A stretch of DNA of 64,000 bases from Bigelowiella natans CCMP2755 (GCA_000320545.1 ADNK01001076.1:1-64000), one strand, 5' to 3'; shown: positions 22,784 to 37,481, counted from the stretch's first letter. Translations and numbers: made by a program. Notes: generated from the sequence alone by a model not told the origin.

Positions 22784-25700
22784 TTACTTTCTAACTGTCA
22801 CTTTGGGGGCCGGATTTCTGCCCTTGCAGTGTTTGTCGAGCTGATAAATAGTCATATCGGTGAGGAAAGTAATCATAATGGAAGAATTAGGTGGCATTGT
22901 CTGCTCATATTATATATTGTCAAGTAATACTGCTACTGCTGGAATATAGTACCGTCCATCCGTGGGAGGGAGGCAGCGCAGAATTGATCTTGCAGAAATA
23001 GTAGTCATCCGTAGCGTTCTTGTTGCCTGCTTTCCAATCGCATATCCACCAAGCGGTCTGATTTGTGCAACAAAAAAATATTATAAACATTTTGGAGCGA
23101 CGACTAATACAAAGATAGGGGAAAACCTGACTGCCAGAGGTATGGCGCATTATGTGCATATTGCCCTTGGCGAAGCAATCGACCCCATCTTCCTGGGACG
23201 AGTACGTGTAGGTGCCTGGGAGGAAGGAGAAGGGGGTGGAGGGGAAGGAGGGGAAGCAGTGAATAATACTACGAATAAGGAATAATTTGAGAATGGTTTC
23301 CATCTCGCAAACTCCTTTATTAGTGTTCGTACCATTGACGTGGGACGTTCCAGCACCAGAGACGGTAACAACAACAGACCCTGACCAGCACCACCACCAC
23401 CATCATAATCATCATTATCATCATCAGCATCTTCATGCCCATGACCACTTGTTGCAATCGCTCTGACCTTTCACCTCTGTAGTAACAACAGTGGCCGCAG
23501 CGTACACTGGTTTGGCCTATGACACGGTATCCAGACAACAGACGCAGTGGTGGGAATGCGGGGTATGTGTGAGCATTCAACCGACTACACAGTGTATAAT
23601 AAGTACAGATACACGCGCACTGCTATCAAAGTGTGGTTAATTGCCTCAAAACGATGATATTAGTGTTTGTTAAATGCGAGCAGCGGTTAGCTAGCCTAAA
23701 TACTGCTACTACTGCTACTACTACTAATACTACTACCTGAGGAATAACAGTTTGTTGTGGAGCAGCAGCAGCATAGGGGTTGACTGGCTGTGGAGCAGCA
23801 TAGGGATTAGCTGGTTGTTGAGCGGCGTAGGGGTTGCTCACTGGCTGCTGGGGAGCATAGGGCTGCTGCTGAGAATACGCTGGCTGCTGGTATGGATTCC
23901 GTGGCTGCTGATATGGATTCTGTGGCTGCTGCTGTGCATATACATTATTCTGGGGGGGGACATACACCGGTTGTACTTGGACTGGTCTTGGGGCGGCGTA
24001 CCTGCAGATAAGTGTGAGTCATGTGTAAGTGATGATAAGAAGAACACATGTAATTTAACACGTGTAATAATACCATCCACACCTACATTTGCATGCATCC
24101 ACGCCACCACACACGAATTGGGGAGAGGGAGGAATGCAGGAAGTCAGGTTAATATTGTTGCTGCTCACGGGTTAGTCTGAGGGGGAGGTGCATAAGCGGG
24201 CTGCTGGTACCTAAAAGAGGAGCAAGTTAAAACGATGGCAACGTCGTGATATGGTAACAATGTAGGCAGAGAACTAAATAAACTAACGCTTTTCGCTAAC
24301 GCTGAAGGTGGTGGTGGTGCAGCTACTTACGGATTTGGAGGCTGTTGCTGGTATGGGTTCTGATACACCTGGGGTATTATGATCATGTTACATTACATGG
24401 GTACCACCACCACTCGAATCCCGACTGTGTGATAGTTTCTCGTTTGATATGATTTGTCGATAATTCAATAATTATTTCTTCTTACTGGCTGGGTCTGTTG
24501 ATACACCGGCTTCGCTTGCGGTACTGATGCGGGTGCCTGACCGTACTGCTGAGGCGGTGGGGCGTACTGAGGCTAAAATGTTGCGGGTGGGGTATCAATG
24601 CAGTAGGGGTGCAGCAGAAAGAGAGATATTATTGAGGATAATAGCGGAAATGGCAGTCGTCTCTCTCCCCCCTCCCCCCCCCCCCACCCCTCTCTCTCTC
24701 TTCTGTTTATATATTTCTTACTTGCTGAAGTTGCCCTGCATAAGGGTTGGTCGCTGGCTGAGTTGGCTGATTCGCATAAACTGCACCGCCTCCAACGACA
24801 GGGGCTACCCCAACAACTTGTGCAGTTGTTGCTGGCTGGATTACTGAGAGCAAATCAAACTGAGAATAGGAACAATTGAGAAATATCATAAATGTGTAAA
24901 CCTTTAGCTTCAACTTCCTTCTTGCCAGAGTATCTGAGTGGACATTAACAAGAAGTGAATCACCCCTCGAGTTAATACAGAGAGCGGGGTATTGTACTGT
25001 TAGATTTTGATGTCATCATAGCTTACTTGACGGAGAAGACTATTTCACCCGCAGCTTTACTGCCTTTCTTAATTGCATACGCAATTTCGCCCTTGTTTGC
25101 GTTGGAGATGAGATTCTTCAGCGGAATTACTGCTTTTCCTAAAGGATGTTCCGGATGTTATCTAGGTAAAAGGGATATATTTGGGTAATGCAGTGGTTGT
25201 TGGTGCCCCCCACCAATGGTGTTATCGGAGAAGGTCTCCTTATCCATCACAGTAAACGTAAAGACCCATTTCGGCATCTGGCGTAGTCAAAATAATATAT
25301 GAAAAAAATGATTAATATTTAACCATTTCACATATAAAAGCAAGAACTGAGAAAACACTCTTCTACCTTTTGCTCGTTGACTTTGAATTCAATATCTTGA
25401 TTCCATTGGGGATTTTTTCCACCTGGCGTTAAAGTATGCGCTTCGTCATAAAAATGCAGCTCGAACTATCATTATCATCTCAGCAGCAGCATCACTACTA
25501 ATTCTAGACTTTCACCATTGTTGTGAACTTTGCTCCTTTTCTCTACTTTGCCCAGTTTGATCTTTACGTAGGGGTCCTAAAATAGAAGGTACTATCATGA
25601 CTTGTCTTGTCCACCATGTACAAATCTAATACCTGTTTCCCGATCATTTGAACATTCTTAAGATTCACTCCTTTAACCAGCTAGTTTGATTGATTGCACA

Positions 25701-25848
25701 AACCATACACAGAGATTTGTCAAGAGAATCTTTCAATTCGTCATGGTGATTCAAGGTTAAGGTAGCGATGAATTCTTCTTACATGTATGGTAAGCGTCTC
25801 CATAGATCCACCACCAGTTGGCGCAAACTGCTTTCCTCCAGAAGACAT
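22784..25848 (-). CDS. C2-domain protein with Pro/Gln/Tyr-rich linker and a small C-terminal domain
   Basis: METLTIH|LVKGVNLKNVQMIGKQ|DPYVKIKLGKVEKRSKVHNNG|GKNPQWNQDIEFKV (C2); NPYQQP repeats; C-terminus VSGAGTSHVNG|TY..WWICD..DYY..PPSHGWT|LDKHCKGRNPAPKVTVRK*. Confidence 0.85.
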
Positions 25849-26153
25849 AAACATCATTGTAGGTGCGTGGGTTGGTGCCTCCTTGTGTGTGGGTTTCGAT
25901 TGTGTTCAAGATTCAAGAAGGAAGCGCGAGACTACCTTACTGTCCCATCTCCAACTAGGTTGTCGCAACATATAAATCAAGGCTATTTTCCCCAAGAAAT
26001 GTCAGATCTATAAATAAATATCTGCGAGGAAGAAGAAGGAGAGAGAAAGACAGCCGACCTGTGGAAGATGCCGCTACTGAGGAGCTGCTGAAAGTCCAAC
26101 CAGGAAGGAGGAGGATATCATTCGCACAGCAACCGGGAAGGGGGAAGGGAAGC

Positions 26154-26618
26154 ATGGTTGGTAAGAAGACACACTCTTCAACGCCAAGGTTTACGTTGAG
26201 GTGCGTAGAATGTTCGATCCAATTGTTCCCCTGCCCCTCCTCAAGTGAGTTCTCAAAGGTTTAAAACGTCACGCACTCTGGCAGCAGCGCTATTCATGTT
26301 CTCTGCGGGTGGCTTGTATACGGCCATGTTCGGTAGTGTTAACTAGTTGAATTTCGTTGTTCACAACTAATGCTGGAATGAACAAACAATCAAGGAACTT
26401 GGAGAGAACGAAGGAAAGAGGAGCGTAGACAGGAACGGAAGGAAAGCCAGGAGCAACGCAAGGAACAGCTAAAAAATGCGGTACGCGAGGTCAAAGAAGC
26501 ATCAGGTAAAGTGAAGCGAAAGATGGAGGGAAAATTGGAGAAACTTCTTCGGAATAGAACTCAGCCTACCGATGATTCAACGCAGCAAACAGAAAATGAT
26601 GGAAGCAAAAACAGCTAA
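26154..26618 (+). CDS. Small single-TM coiled-coil hypothetical protein (3 exons)
   Basis: MVGKKTHSSTPR|FKTSRTLAAALFMFSAGGLYTAMF|GTWRERRKEERRQERKESQEQRKEQLKNAVREVKEAS..KNS*. Confidence 0.55.
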
Positions 26619-26619
26619 A

Positions 26620-27775
26620 AACATGAGAGTTTAGATGACACACGTTTTAGGCTACGATGGAATGATCGATATATGCATAGAAACTTCGACATGAACAGCC
26701 ATACGATCAGCATCACGCGTGCATCTGGACATGCGTGACTTTGCCATTGCATTGACCATGCTAGCTCTAGAGCTGCACGCTAGCTACTGTTGCATGCAAC
26801 ATGGGCGTGATGGCCTTTCTAGCTTTGTGCTATCGTTGACCTTTTGAATTGCGCGTCAATTGTTGCGTGCTCTTCTAGCTCTTGCGCCACAGCCACACCT
26901 AGACAAGACATGTGCCCGTGTGATCTAGTGATGCTCGTTTGCATCGTTAGCATCGCTGCTAGCAGATCGAGCGTCATGATGATCTAGTGATGGTGCGATA
27001 CGATAAACCAATAAGAGACTCTAGCTAGCGTAGCTAGCTCTGGATGTATGCCGAATTTTAACTTTGCATGTAGCCGATCTAGCGATCGATGTGAGTCGTC
27101 ATGTTCTACTAGTTTACAATATACTATTCTAGCTAGCTAGGCTAATATGCGTTGTGATGCAAGTGATGACCTAGTCCAATGATGCAAGCAACAGCGCGAG
27201 AATGTGTGTACATGCGCTGTACACTAGCACAAGTACATCTGTCCGCTGTAGTTGCATCTGGATTTTGTGTGCATATGCGTGCCACGTGTAACATGGCTAG
27301 ATGGCCTAATAGCATATATCTCTAAATGTGCATTACTAGATTACATCTAGTACATGGCTAACGCAGCCCGAGAGGCACACGTCTACTAGAAGATGTATGC
27401 AGCTAATTTTATAATTTAATCAGAGAAACATAAGGACAATAGACACTAATTACGTTCAGAGATTTTGCGCTAACTTTCGCAATATTTTATCGTTATCATC
27501 GTGCGTCACACAAAACGCAAGCAGTCATTGCCATAATGCATATATCTAAAATAACAATGCGTGGGGACGTTGTATCACCGCAATCCATTGACGTTAGGAC
27601 TGCTTGCAGACCTATCGAAAGATGCCTGACTACGACTGCGACTTTTATTTGCGCTCCGCTCGGCCTACAAATTGATGAAAATGGCCCTGTCAGCAAGACG
27701 GTAGCATGTATAATACAGCAAACCTGCTAAGGCATCAGCTTCTCGTTATAAGACAATAAGGAACAATATGAAAAT
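26620..27775. other. Convergent intergenic CTAG-rich tract
   Basis: CTAGCTCTAG, CTAGCTAGCG, CATG and TGCA are dense between facing stop codons. Confidence 0.8.
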
Positions 27776-27778
27776 ACG

Positions 27779-30700
27779 TCACTCATGGCCTCCGACGAAC
27801 TGTCGCTAAGCAACACTGAGGACACCTCTCATCACATTGTCTGTAGCTATGCTGCTGCAGCTGCTGCTACAAGCTAGTACTGCAGCTACCACTACTACTC
27901 GAATTATTACCGCTGCCTCCGCCTTAAGCATCTCCCTTCGTCTCCTACGTTCTCTATTCTTCATGTCGAAAACAGCCTGTGAAAGAGATGAAAAGAGAAG
28001 ATTAGAAACTGGCAGTAGTCACAGATATGGCTAGACTGATGGCTGGTGCATCGGCGATGATACACCACGGCTACGAGAAGAAACGAGAGAGTGAAAGAAG
28101 ATGTGGCAGCATTATGATGGCTTGAGACGCTGATGCCATCAAGAATGCACATATGTTATATTACTTCTTATCATCCTCATCATCGTAGTCGTTATCATGA
28201 GGAGCATCATAGTAGTAGTATTAGTAGTAGTAAGTACAGCATCAACAGACGACTCAAACAGTCAGCACTACCTGGTCAAACATGGCGAAGAACTCAGAGA
28301 AAATTCGCAGGAGGTCCTCAGGCTTGTCAATACTGGTATGCGCGAATGCCGCACACACAAATACACACACACACACACACACAAATAGTCTCCCTGAGGC
28401 AGCATTCAATTTCTGTACTCGGCCACCTCTCTTCCTTCTCTTCTTCTCCTTTTCCTCCTCCTCCTCCTCCTCCTATTTCTCGACATTTTACTCTATTGTT
28501 TGAGCACACCCCTGCTTTTCTCCTCGTCGACATTCATGCATTCTAATCATCGGTCTAGGCCTTTAATCCTCGTCTCTCGTCTTCATCATCACCATCATCA
28601 TCATCATCATCATCATCATTATAATGAGCATCATCATGATTACTCTTCAATTGCGAGGAATTTCTTGACATCGTTGAACTTGGCCCTCATTTCGTTGTAC
28701 ACCTTCTCTAGTTGCTTGCTTTTCCTGTGATTAGTAGCAGCGGGATCAAGGCGGATAGACATAAGAAGACGTGAGATAGCAATATTCATTGACTGTCATC
28801 TCTCCTCTCCCCCTCCCCTCCCCCCTTGCTCAGATAGTACAGGAACACTCACTTTGCAGCGCCTATGAACTGCGTGACCATCGCTTTGTAGAAGTGATTG
28901 ATGGGTACTGGCGACGGTTCTCGGGTATGGTTAGCCGTAGATGATGGTGAGTTGGTCGCTGTATTCGGTGAGGAGAGTGGTGCGGTCAAGCTAGTGCTAC
29001 TATTATTATCGGTATTGTTGCGGAGGTTGGGACCCGGCATCGCAGCTGCAGCAACCATCATAGACGACTTGCGCCGCTACGAGAAGAACAGCCAAAGAAT
29101 CGGAATCAGATCGTAAGTGAGAGGTAATGGTGAGACTACAACGACGACGACGACGATGATGATGATGATGATGATGATTCACATCCTCTAATAGTTACGG
29201 TTACCTTGTACTCTTCCTTCGCCTTTTGCTCCTCATGGGCCATCTTCTTCAGATCTTTTCCCAGCTCCTTCAACTTCGCCCGAAGCGCGCTGAGGCCCTG
29301 GAGGATCAGTTCGCAATCCACCTATGCACGTGATGACAACGACGACCGGACCGGCCAACAAACACGGGTTCCGTATTGTTTACAACATCATCTGGAATGC
29401 AATGGCAATTCTTGTCGCCAACTAAATAATGCACCGAGGTTGCCTACTCTATTCATTGCTCTCAGGGGACAAAGCAAAGTCTGGTTATAGGAAATTAGAG
29501 TATTATTACCTTGGCCGCCTCGTCAATATTCAAGACCGCTGCTTTGATGGGATTTCCGGCTGCATCGAGGCTCGAGTGCTTGCCCTCCCCCCTTCCTTTG
29601 GTGCCACCTAGATCGCGAAATGTCTTGGTAAAGTTGAGGATCCTTCTCGCCTCATCCCTGTTTTCATGCCGTGCCAGGTGCTCCACAATCCAATCCATAA
29701 GGGAGAGGCCTTGTGTAGACTTTGTCATATTTAGCTTCAGCAGGGCCGTGATGTGGAATGCGTAGCAATTGCTGATAAAATGGTGATGGTGATAATGATG
29801 ATAAGTCACGAGAGAACAGGAGGGACATCGATTCACGCAGTGCTTCTGTAACGTCGCTTTCCTGCTACATCATCATGCATCATCCTTAACATTCTTTTCC
29901 CTATCTCCATTTCCGATTGGGGGACTCACAACAAGAGGGCTGCAAACGTGAGACTACGCATTGATATGTGTTCTGTTATGGTACAACCCCTTCTTGCGGT
30001 CGCCGAAGTTCATGTAGTTTCCAACGGTAAGGATCAGGTGCAGAATACTTCTTAGTGACTTATTCCGAAGTATTTCCGACAAGGACTTGCGAATCAGCCG
30101 TATATTGTTGGCCATATCGCGCGTCTTCGTCTCCAGCGTCGACATAAATAGCACCTTTTCATTATTATCATTATAATTATCATTACAGTTATTATGGCCA
30201 TCATCATCATCATCATCGAAGCATCATAAAGACATATTTTTTCTAACTGTCGGAAGCCGCCGATGCTGCATAGAATTCGCATTTCTAGATCTTCTTCCTC
30301 CCTCCCCATCCCCATCCCCATCCCCTCCCATATACCTGCTCCAGGCGCTTACGGACGTGGTTGATCTTGCACAGTTCGTAGTGAAACCGCGACGGTTTCG
30401 ACAAAACCTTTGGATCTCCCTTGAACCTCCTCACGGCCTCCACCTCCTCCTCATTAGGGAGTATTTTTATCAGGGCTACGAGGCGCTCGGGGGTGAGGAT
30501 GGACAATTCAATATGCGTAATGCTGTCGCACAGCCGCTCCACCGACATCTTGAACACGTTCAAGGCGATGGAGATATTGACCTGATCAAGAGGATAATAA
30601 CAATGACGACCCCGTGGTGGTGGTGGTGGTGGTGATGATGATGATGATTATTATTATTATGATGACTGACGACGGTGATGATCGATCGATGATGGCGACT

Positions 30701-32006
30701 ACTATCAATGTGTGGCTGGCTGCTGTGTCGCAGATCAACAATCAAGCAATGATGAGCCAGTAACACACAGAAGTTTGGGCATGTCTCATCATCCACAACA
30801 CTTAAGAGTAGCACACACCTCTCTTTTGGAATCCAGCAGGCTGATCTGCTTCTCTGCTTTGTCGGTTTGTCCATTTCCCTTCTTCTTCTTTTTCTTCTTC
30901 TTCCGCTGCGGTCGTTGAAAGAGCTCATCAAACTCACTGAGATCAAACTTGACATTGTTCAGCGTGTTCTCCCAGAATGTGCCCTCGATCTCTTTCAGTG
31001 CCACGACCTCCCAGTGCAGCTTCTTGAGCGGTTTTCCCGGCTTTGACAGGGTCTCCCGTGGCTTCAACTGAGGGGTAACACCGAACATACCAGGGGGAGG
31101 AGGAACTCCCCCCATCATGGGAGGGGGCGGTATCCCACCACTCATGCCAGGAGGGGGCGGTATACCACCACTCATGCCAGGAGGGGGGGGGATGCCTCCT
31201 CCCATCGTAGGGGGCGGTGGTATTCCACCACTCATGCCAGGAGGGGGGGGGATGCCTCCTCCCATCGTAGGGGGCGGTGGTATTCCACCACTCATGCCAG
31301 GAGGGGGGGGGATACCTCCTCCTCCTCCCATTGTGGGGGAGGGTGTAATCCCACCATTCATTCCGGGAGGATGCGGGATGGCGGGCATCCCGCCCGAGGA
31401 TGGGGAAGCTCCGTGGATGGGAAGAGAAGGAGGAGGAGGAGGAGAAGAAGAAGATGATGATGATTTGGGGGGGGCTGATGATGTCGTTGAGGATGATGTA
31501 GGAAGAGGAGTGGTAGTGCTGTGCTTAGCAAGGGAGGATGCTGGTGCCGTGGAGGAGGAGGAGGAGGAGGAGGAGGAGGAGGAGGAGGGAGGGGGGAGGG
31601 GGATGCTTGACGGAGCTTATCTTTACGGTCGTTATCTTCTGATCGTGAGGGGTGTTCGGGGTGACCTGGTGATGAAATAGTATAAGCACTGCTGCTGATG
31701 ATGATGGTGATGGTGGTGATGGTGATGATGAAAATCAGAAATAAAAGGAAGAACCGCACAAATTGACTGCTGAGAAACAAGCCCGCATGTAAACACGAAA
31801 ACACGAAAACACGAAAACACGAAAACACACACACACACACACACACACACTACTACTACTACTTCATTACCTTAATATGCATCGAAGAGTTTGATAATGT
31901 CGATTCCTTATTATCATCATCATTCGCATTATCCTCCGTTGAAGATGCGGCGGACGGAGATCGGGGTGCATTTTGCTTCTTTCTCTTTGTGCTATTATTG
32001 CTATTG

Positions 32007-32038
<32 letters not shown>

Positions 32039-34144
32039 GCCACTATTGACCATCACCCCTGGCCTCTTCTGATTATTTGCCGGTCTTATAGTATTCGGTT
32101 GTCCCGGATGATGAGGCTTTATCGGGGAAGGGAGGGGAGGGAGTCCGCTACATGGCGGAGATGTTTTCCCCCCCCCCCCTTCTGTATTTTCTGTCATCTT
32201 CGCACTACTGCTGCTAGCAGTAGCAAGAGAGCTTCCCTGGTCACTCTTTTTGGGAGTAGATACTGGCGTGTTGGCGCTACTACTGCTATGCTTGGCCTCT
32301 ATTATGGCTTCATCCACGTACAACGGCATCGGCAGTGAGTGTTGTGTCGCCGTCGGTAATGATGTAATCGCAACAGATAGCCGACGGACCTGTTTCTCGT
32401 GGTGCTGCACTAACCGCGAAGCTGAGTCGCTAATGCCAGAAGGCATGCTTGCAATGTTTACATTATCCAGATCGTAGTCTTCGTCCTCATCCTCATCATC
32501 GTCGTCGTCGTCGTCTCCGTTGTTCTCCGTAAGACATACCAGGATCTTGTCCTTGTGGTCCATTGGGTTCGCCTCGAAAACCTGCAGGAGAAAGTAGGTG
32601 GGAGAGGAGAAGGGGGGGGGGAGGACGGACAAATATATCATTCTCAGTGAAGAATGCAATCATCGTGTTGGTTATGATCAGTTTAAAAACAACCATCATG
32701 ATCATAATCCTCATCTTCACAATCACAGCAGCATGCTGTCGAAACGTCATTCATTCTTTCATCGCTGTGGCACTACCCATCCTTGAATCGCCACGGGGGC
32801 CTTTGCCTCATCGGTAGCGGGTGACGACGAGGACGACGTCGCCGCCATTGCTTGAGTTTCTTCAATCTTGACATGCAAGAACACTTGCTTGCTGTTGAGG
32901 TCTCTTATTCTCTTATCGACGTAAAACGGGTCGTGGGGAAGGGTCACCACATTCCCATCCTTGCCCTTCACAGCTTTGCTTTCGAGCTGATCGCTCACCG
33001 ACGTTGGCTCCGATGTAAGGAAAAGGACTTCATTATAGCTTGACTCCTCATTGCGGCAGTACTTCCAGTAGCCTTTTTCTGTGCACTTGTGCTGGGGGGA
33101 TGGGGGTGGAGGATGATGAGGCATGTGATCACGCGGCAGGGAAAAGTAGAAGGACCACGACCTACTTCTCTTCTTCTTCTTCTTCTTCTTCTTCTTCTTC
33201 TTCTTCTTTTCCCTTGATACGAAATCAAATACCCAACCGGCGGAGACTACATTGCCAACAACATACATGCAGAGTAGCGGCAGCAAATACTTCTCCTTCC
33301 TCTAATCCAAAAGCCGCAACCACGCAATTTTTTTTGGCTCTCTCCCCATCCCTTGTTTCGAGAACATACTACTATACTGGTAGCAATAATACGCTCCCCC
33401 TCGTTGTTACTACCGTGAGAGACGAGCTGACAGTGCTTTGGTTAAGAGCAGGATGCGGAGTCGAGTGAGGGACACCAGCTGGTGATGAAGCACTAGCAGC
33501 AGAGGAGGAAGATGTTGGTAGCTGCACGCTGTCTAATGATGCCGTGCTGTTCTCTGGTGCTATCATTCGCAGCAACTCCGTTGTTAGGGCGTCATCCTTA
33601 GGAGAAGAGAAAAAAGAAGGGATGGTGGTTGGGATGAAGATAAACAAATGAAATGGATTTCGCCAACTGATCACATACAGTAACAATTTGCCTATCTTTC
33701 TTCTCCTTGGCCATCCTATTTGTTGTTCTTGCTGTAACGCCTCCCTCTATAGTTTAGCTCTTATTACCTTTAGATTTGTCCCAATAGCCAGATCCCGTGC
33801 CACACTGAGGAGGAAGAGGAGAAGGCGAAGGAGGAAGAGGAAACGGGGGATGAGGAAGAGGCAAAAGATTGCCCCCAGAATCACCTCTATGCATATATAA
33901 CCATCATTGTCGTCGTTGTGGTGATGCTGCTGATTGTTGTCTAAATAGTAGTAGCAGTAGTAGTAGTAGTAGTAGTTGTTGTTGTAGTAGTACCCTTCTA
34001 ACGTGGTCGCCCTCCTGAGGAAGCCATTTGCACCACTAATTTCATTCAAGAGCTTTTCAGCATCATTATCATCATTCTTAAGGCGACCCGTGCTGCTATC
34101 TGACCCCTCTGGAAGTAGCTTCTCTTCTACTGGTGCAGAGATTC

Positions 34145-34181
<37 letters not shown>

Positions 34182-34784
34182 TATCACCTTATCTTGAACA
34201 ACCTTTTCCTCTTTTGTGACTATTCCTTCTGCTGCTTCTGCTTCTTTGATTTGGGCGGAGTGGTCAGCAGCTGCCTCCTCTTTCCGTTTGCGCTCCCTAA
34301 CTTCCTCTTCTGCCATCTCCTCCTCATCAGCTGTAGCATCACAAATAGAAGTTGTTGTGTTGTCAAGGAGGTTGTGGTGGGAGGGGGGAAGAAAAGAACT
34401 AGTCGTAGAAGAAGAAGAATTATCGAAGGAAAGATGATCGCGGCGTCGATTTTCATCAAAGAAAGTGCGGATCAGCTTTCCCAATTCACGGCGCTCATCT
34501 TCGGTGATATCTTGCCACCCAAACGAGAACAGGTGGATTATACAGTGATTTCCAGTCAGGAAAATGGTGTGGAGGGGATAGAAATATAGGATGGTTATTC
34601 ATGAAAAGAAGAAGAAGAAGAAGAAGAAGAAGAAGAAAAATCCAATTCGGCCAATATAATATCATCCACCATAGAATACAGAAAAGAGATAAATTAGTAT
34701 CATTGAGTCAATCAATCACGTCCGTATTGTTCATGGTTCTTGATATGGGTGAATACTATTACTGTCATAAGCAAGTGTACCAAC

Positions 34785-34815
<31 letters not shown>

Positions 34816-35549
34816 TGGATCATCATCATCATGATCATCAGGATCTTCTTGAATATCTGACAATCCTGATATGTCCAATGCTTTCAGCATTCCCTTATCA
34901 TCCAGGCTTGCATATCTATCCCCTGCTGTCAGAGATGCATATTTCATAATCACGAAGAAGGGGATCGATCCCAAATAACATAATTGCCACACCTCTTGAT
35001 CGGTTGCCGTCCCCTTCCTGGTCGCTGTCACTGTCCCCAGCGCCATCCTGCAGTGAGAAATTTTGGAGTACTCTCGTCATCATCGAGATTCACCACACGT
35101 GCATGCAGGGGCAATTCGGGGGAAAGGAGGATAAAAAAGAATGGAGAGAGGGAGAATATGGCAGACGACCGCTATCAGCTTGAGTAGATTTTCTTCATCG
35201 TCAGAATTTAAAGTCGAATCCACACTCTCGCCCTTACAAATTAGGACAAAGAGCCGCGGCAGGTAAGGACAACATGCGACAGGAATTTGTCTTGAAGAAT
35301 TATATCGTGCTATCTATCTATCTACATGCGACAGGAATTTGTCTTGAAGAATTATATCGTGCTATCTAAGGACAACATGCGACAGGAATTTGTCTTGAAG
35401 AATTATATCGTGCTATCTATCTATCTACAATAGTCGCTTGTTATCACCCTGTGGTGTGAAGAAACAGTGGTATTTGCCGTTACCCTCTCCTTCGTTAAGG
35501 GTGATAATGGCGAGAGCTTTTCGTCAGAGTCCATGCACTGTTGACATTG

Positions 35550-35608
<59 letters not shown>

Positions 35609-36559
35609 TAAATGATTATCAAAAAAGACAAAGGTTAGGTACAGGACAGGGGCGACTTTGTGGAACCTCTCTCTCTCTCGATGTTCCAGTGCGCTCCTAA
35701 CCGCAAAGGCGGCTGATTGGATTTTGTGGTTTATTTCGCTTCTATACACAACGTCCCAGGCCCGTTTCTTGTCGTCTCAATGAAATGACGTTGGATATGT
35801 TCGCTACCTGTCGGGGCAGACAACGTGAAAATCAAGAGTACGAACAAAGAATAGGCTATTATCATAGCAAACAACTGAAACGAGATCGAAGATAAGGAAA
35901 TCCTTAAGGCAGAAATCGGAACAATTCCTTGCCTGGGTGTTGACGTCTACCGTTACATGGAAAATACAAGATGCATAATACATCTCTGTTGAAGAGAAGA
36001 GAAGTGCATTACACAACAGCTCTGAAGCAAAGCGGATGAAAAAAATATACCAGCCACCACCATGAAGCCCCAACCACTCTACTTCGGAGGGAAAAATGTA
36101 CTTGTTCTAATCCATCCTCCCCCCCCTTCTAGGGTTTCCCACACCATCCCTGCCCCCCCCCCTGGCCTGGAAACATTCGAAGGAACTACAACCGACGTGC
36201 TGGGTACTAACTAAGATCTACCAATTTTTCAAACTATGTACCTTTTGTTGCATTGAATGCTATTTTATTGAATATTCACAACAAATCCATGTCTCTGTGG
36301 ATATTTGCCATGCTATTGCCCGGTGTGATGAGACTGGGAGTTGTCCTGCATCATCCTGGGAATTATTTCTGCGGATTGAACAGCGCTCTAATGTAGGAGC
36401 TTTCTTATTTGCGACAGCTAAATTTTAAAGTTTTACTCCAGGATAGGGTCCAAGGAGCTGGTTAGTTAGTTGTTAGTTCTGTTCGCGCCCTTGACTTCCC
36501 AGCTATGTTGTTACACCGAAGTGAGCTAGTTCACTTTGTTTTTGTTCCTTCTTTTCCAT
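27779..36559 (-). CDS. Formin (FH1 + FH2) with a long uncharacterised N-terminal region
   Basis: Poly-Pro FH1; FH2 motifs [76 protein letters not shown]. The start and the inclusion of exons above about 33.7 kb are less certain. Confidence 0.85.
31090..31385 (-). repeat. Coding tandem repeat of the formin FH1 domain (GGIPPPP[G/T]M[S/G])
   Basis: About 8 units of roughly 30 bp with alternating PPGMS and PPTMG variants. Confidence 0.9.
35264..35427. repeat. Three-copy tandem repeat (period 51-52 bp) in a formin intron
   Basis: Identical core ACATGCGACAGGAATTTGTCTTGAAGAATTATATCGTGCTATCTA at about 35272, 35324 and 35375. Confidence 0.9.
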
Positions 36560-36600
36560 TTTCTTCCTCTTCTTTTTCTTTTCTAAAGTTGAGCACCCAT

Positions 36601-36631
<31 letters not shown>

Positions 36632-36724
36632 ACAACAACAACACTAACAACACATCTGCCCCTATTCTCTACAACAGCGGCAGGGCGCAGCGGCAGCAAA
36701 CGAGCGCCGCACCACGAGTCCCGT

Positions 36725-37427
36725 ATGCTCTTGTCCGACAGCGAGCGGAAGTGAGACATTGAAAATTTAAAACGATAGGAATAAGTCACTTGAAGCGTTT
36801 GGTGTGGAATCATGATGAAATAGAAATGAAAAAGAACTGGGGTTCATGCAGCTCTGTGCCGACCTAAGGACAAACAGCGAATCTTCTTGTTCTAAATTTC
36901 GACACGTGTATGTCCTTTTGTCGGTGTTTACATGATGCCCTTTGTTTCGTTTGCCCCACGTACGCTTAGATTCATTTCGGCCGGGATCGCTCAAGACATC
37001 CGTACCGATGGCCGGCGACGGATGGATTACCGGTAATATAACCTTCCAAACTAAAGCAGACGCACACATACTTGTTCCTGCATAGCGTGCCTTGTTTCGG
37101 AAACTCGCACGATACTGCTTCGCTGAATAGCCACTTTGTTCGAAACGGTGTACTTATTGTAAATTAGGTTCTTCGATCTGAAAACGGACGTGATTTTAAA
37201 TGCCAACGGGTCGTGTTATTTTTACTGTTTGCCTGGGCGAAAGAGAGTTTGTTAACAACGATTTTGAATATCAGATCCGCACGTATACAACTAGACAATA
37301 CAGACATTCTTGTTGCCGTAAAGGTTATGTGAGATTTTTTAATTTCTACGGAACTTAAGTAAGGAAAATGGCAGTTTTGATGATATAGCATCCTTTCGAC
37401 GTGTTGTATACTCTTAATTTTGGCATC

Positions 37428-37481
<54 letters not shown>

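Noticed and set aside
35264-35427. CRISPR-like array
   Set aside because: Linkers are only 6-7 bp, there are three copies, it lies in a eukaryotic intron, and there are no cas genes.
36583-36813. Minus-strand ORF as the formin start
   Set aside because: It overlaps the RRP42 first exon (ATG 36725) on the opposite strand and runs through an (AAC)n repeat.
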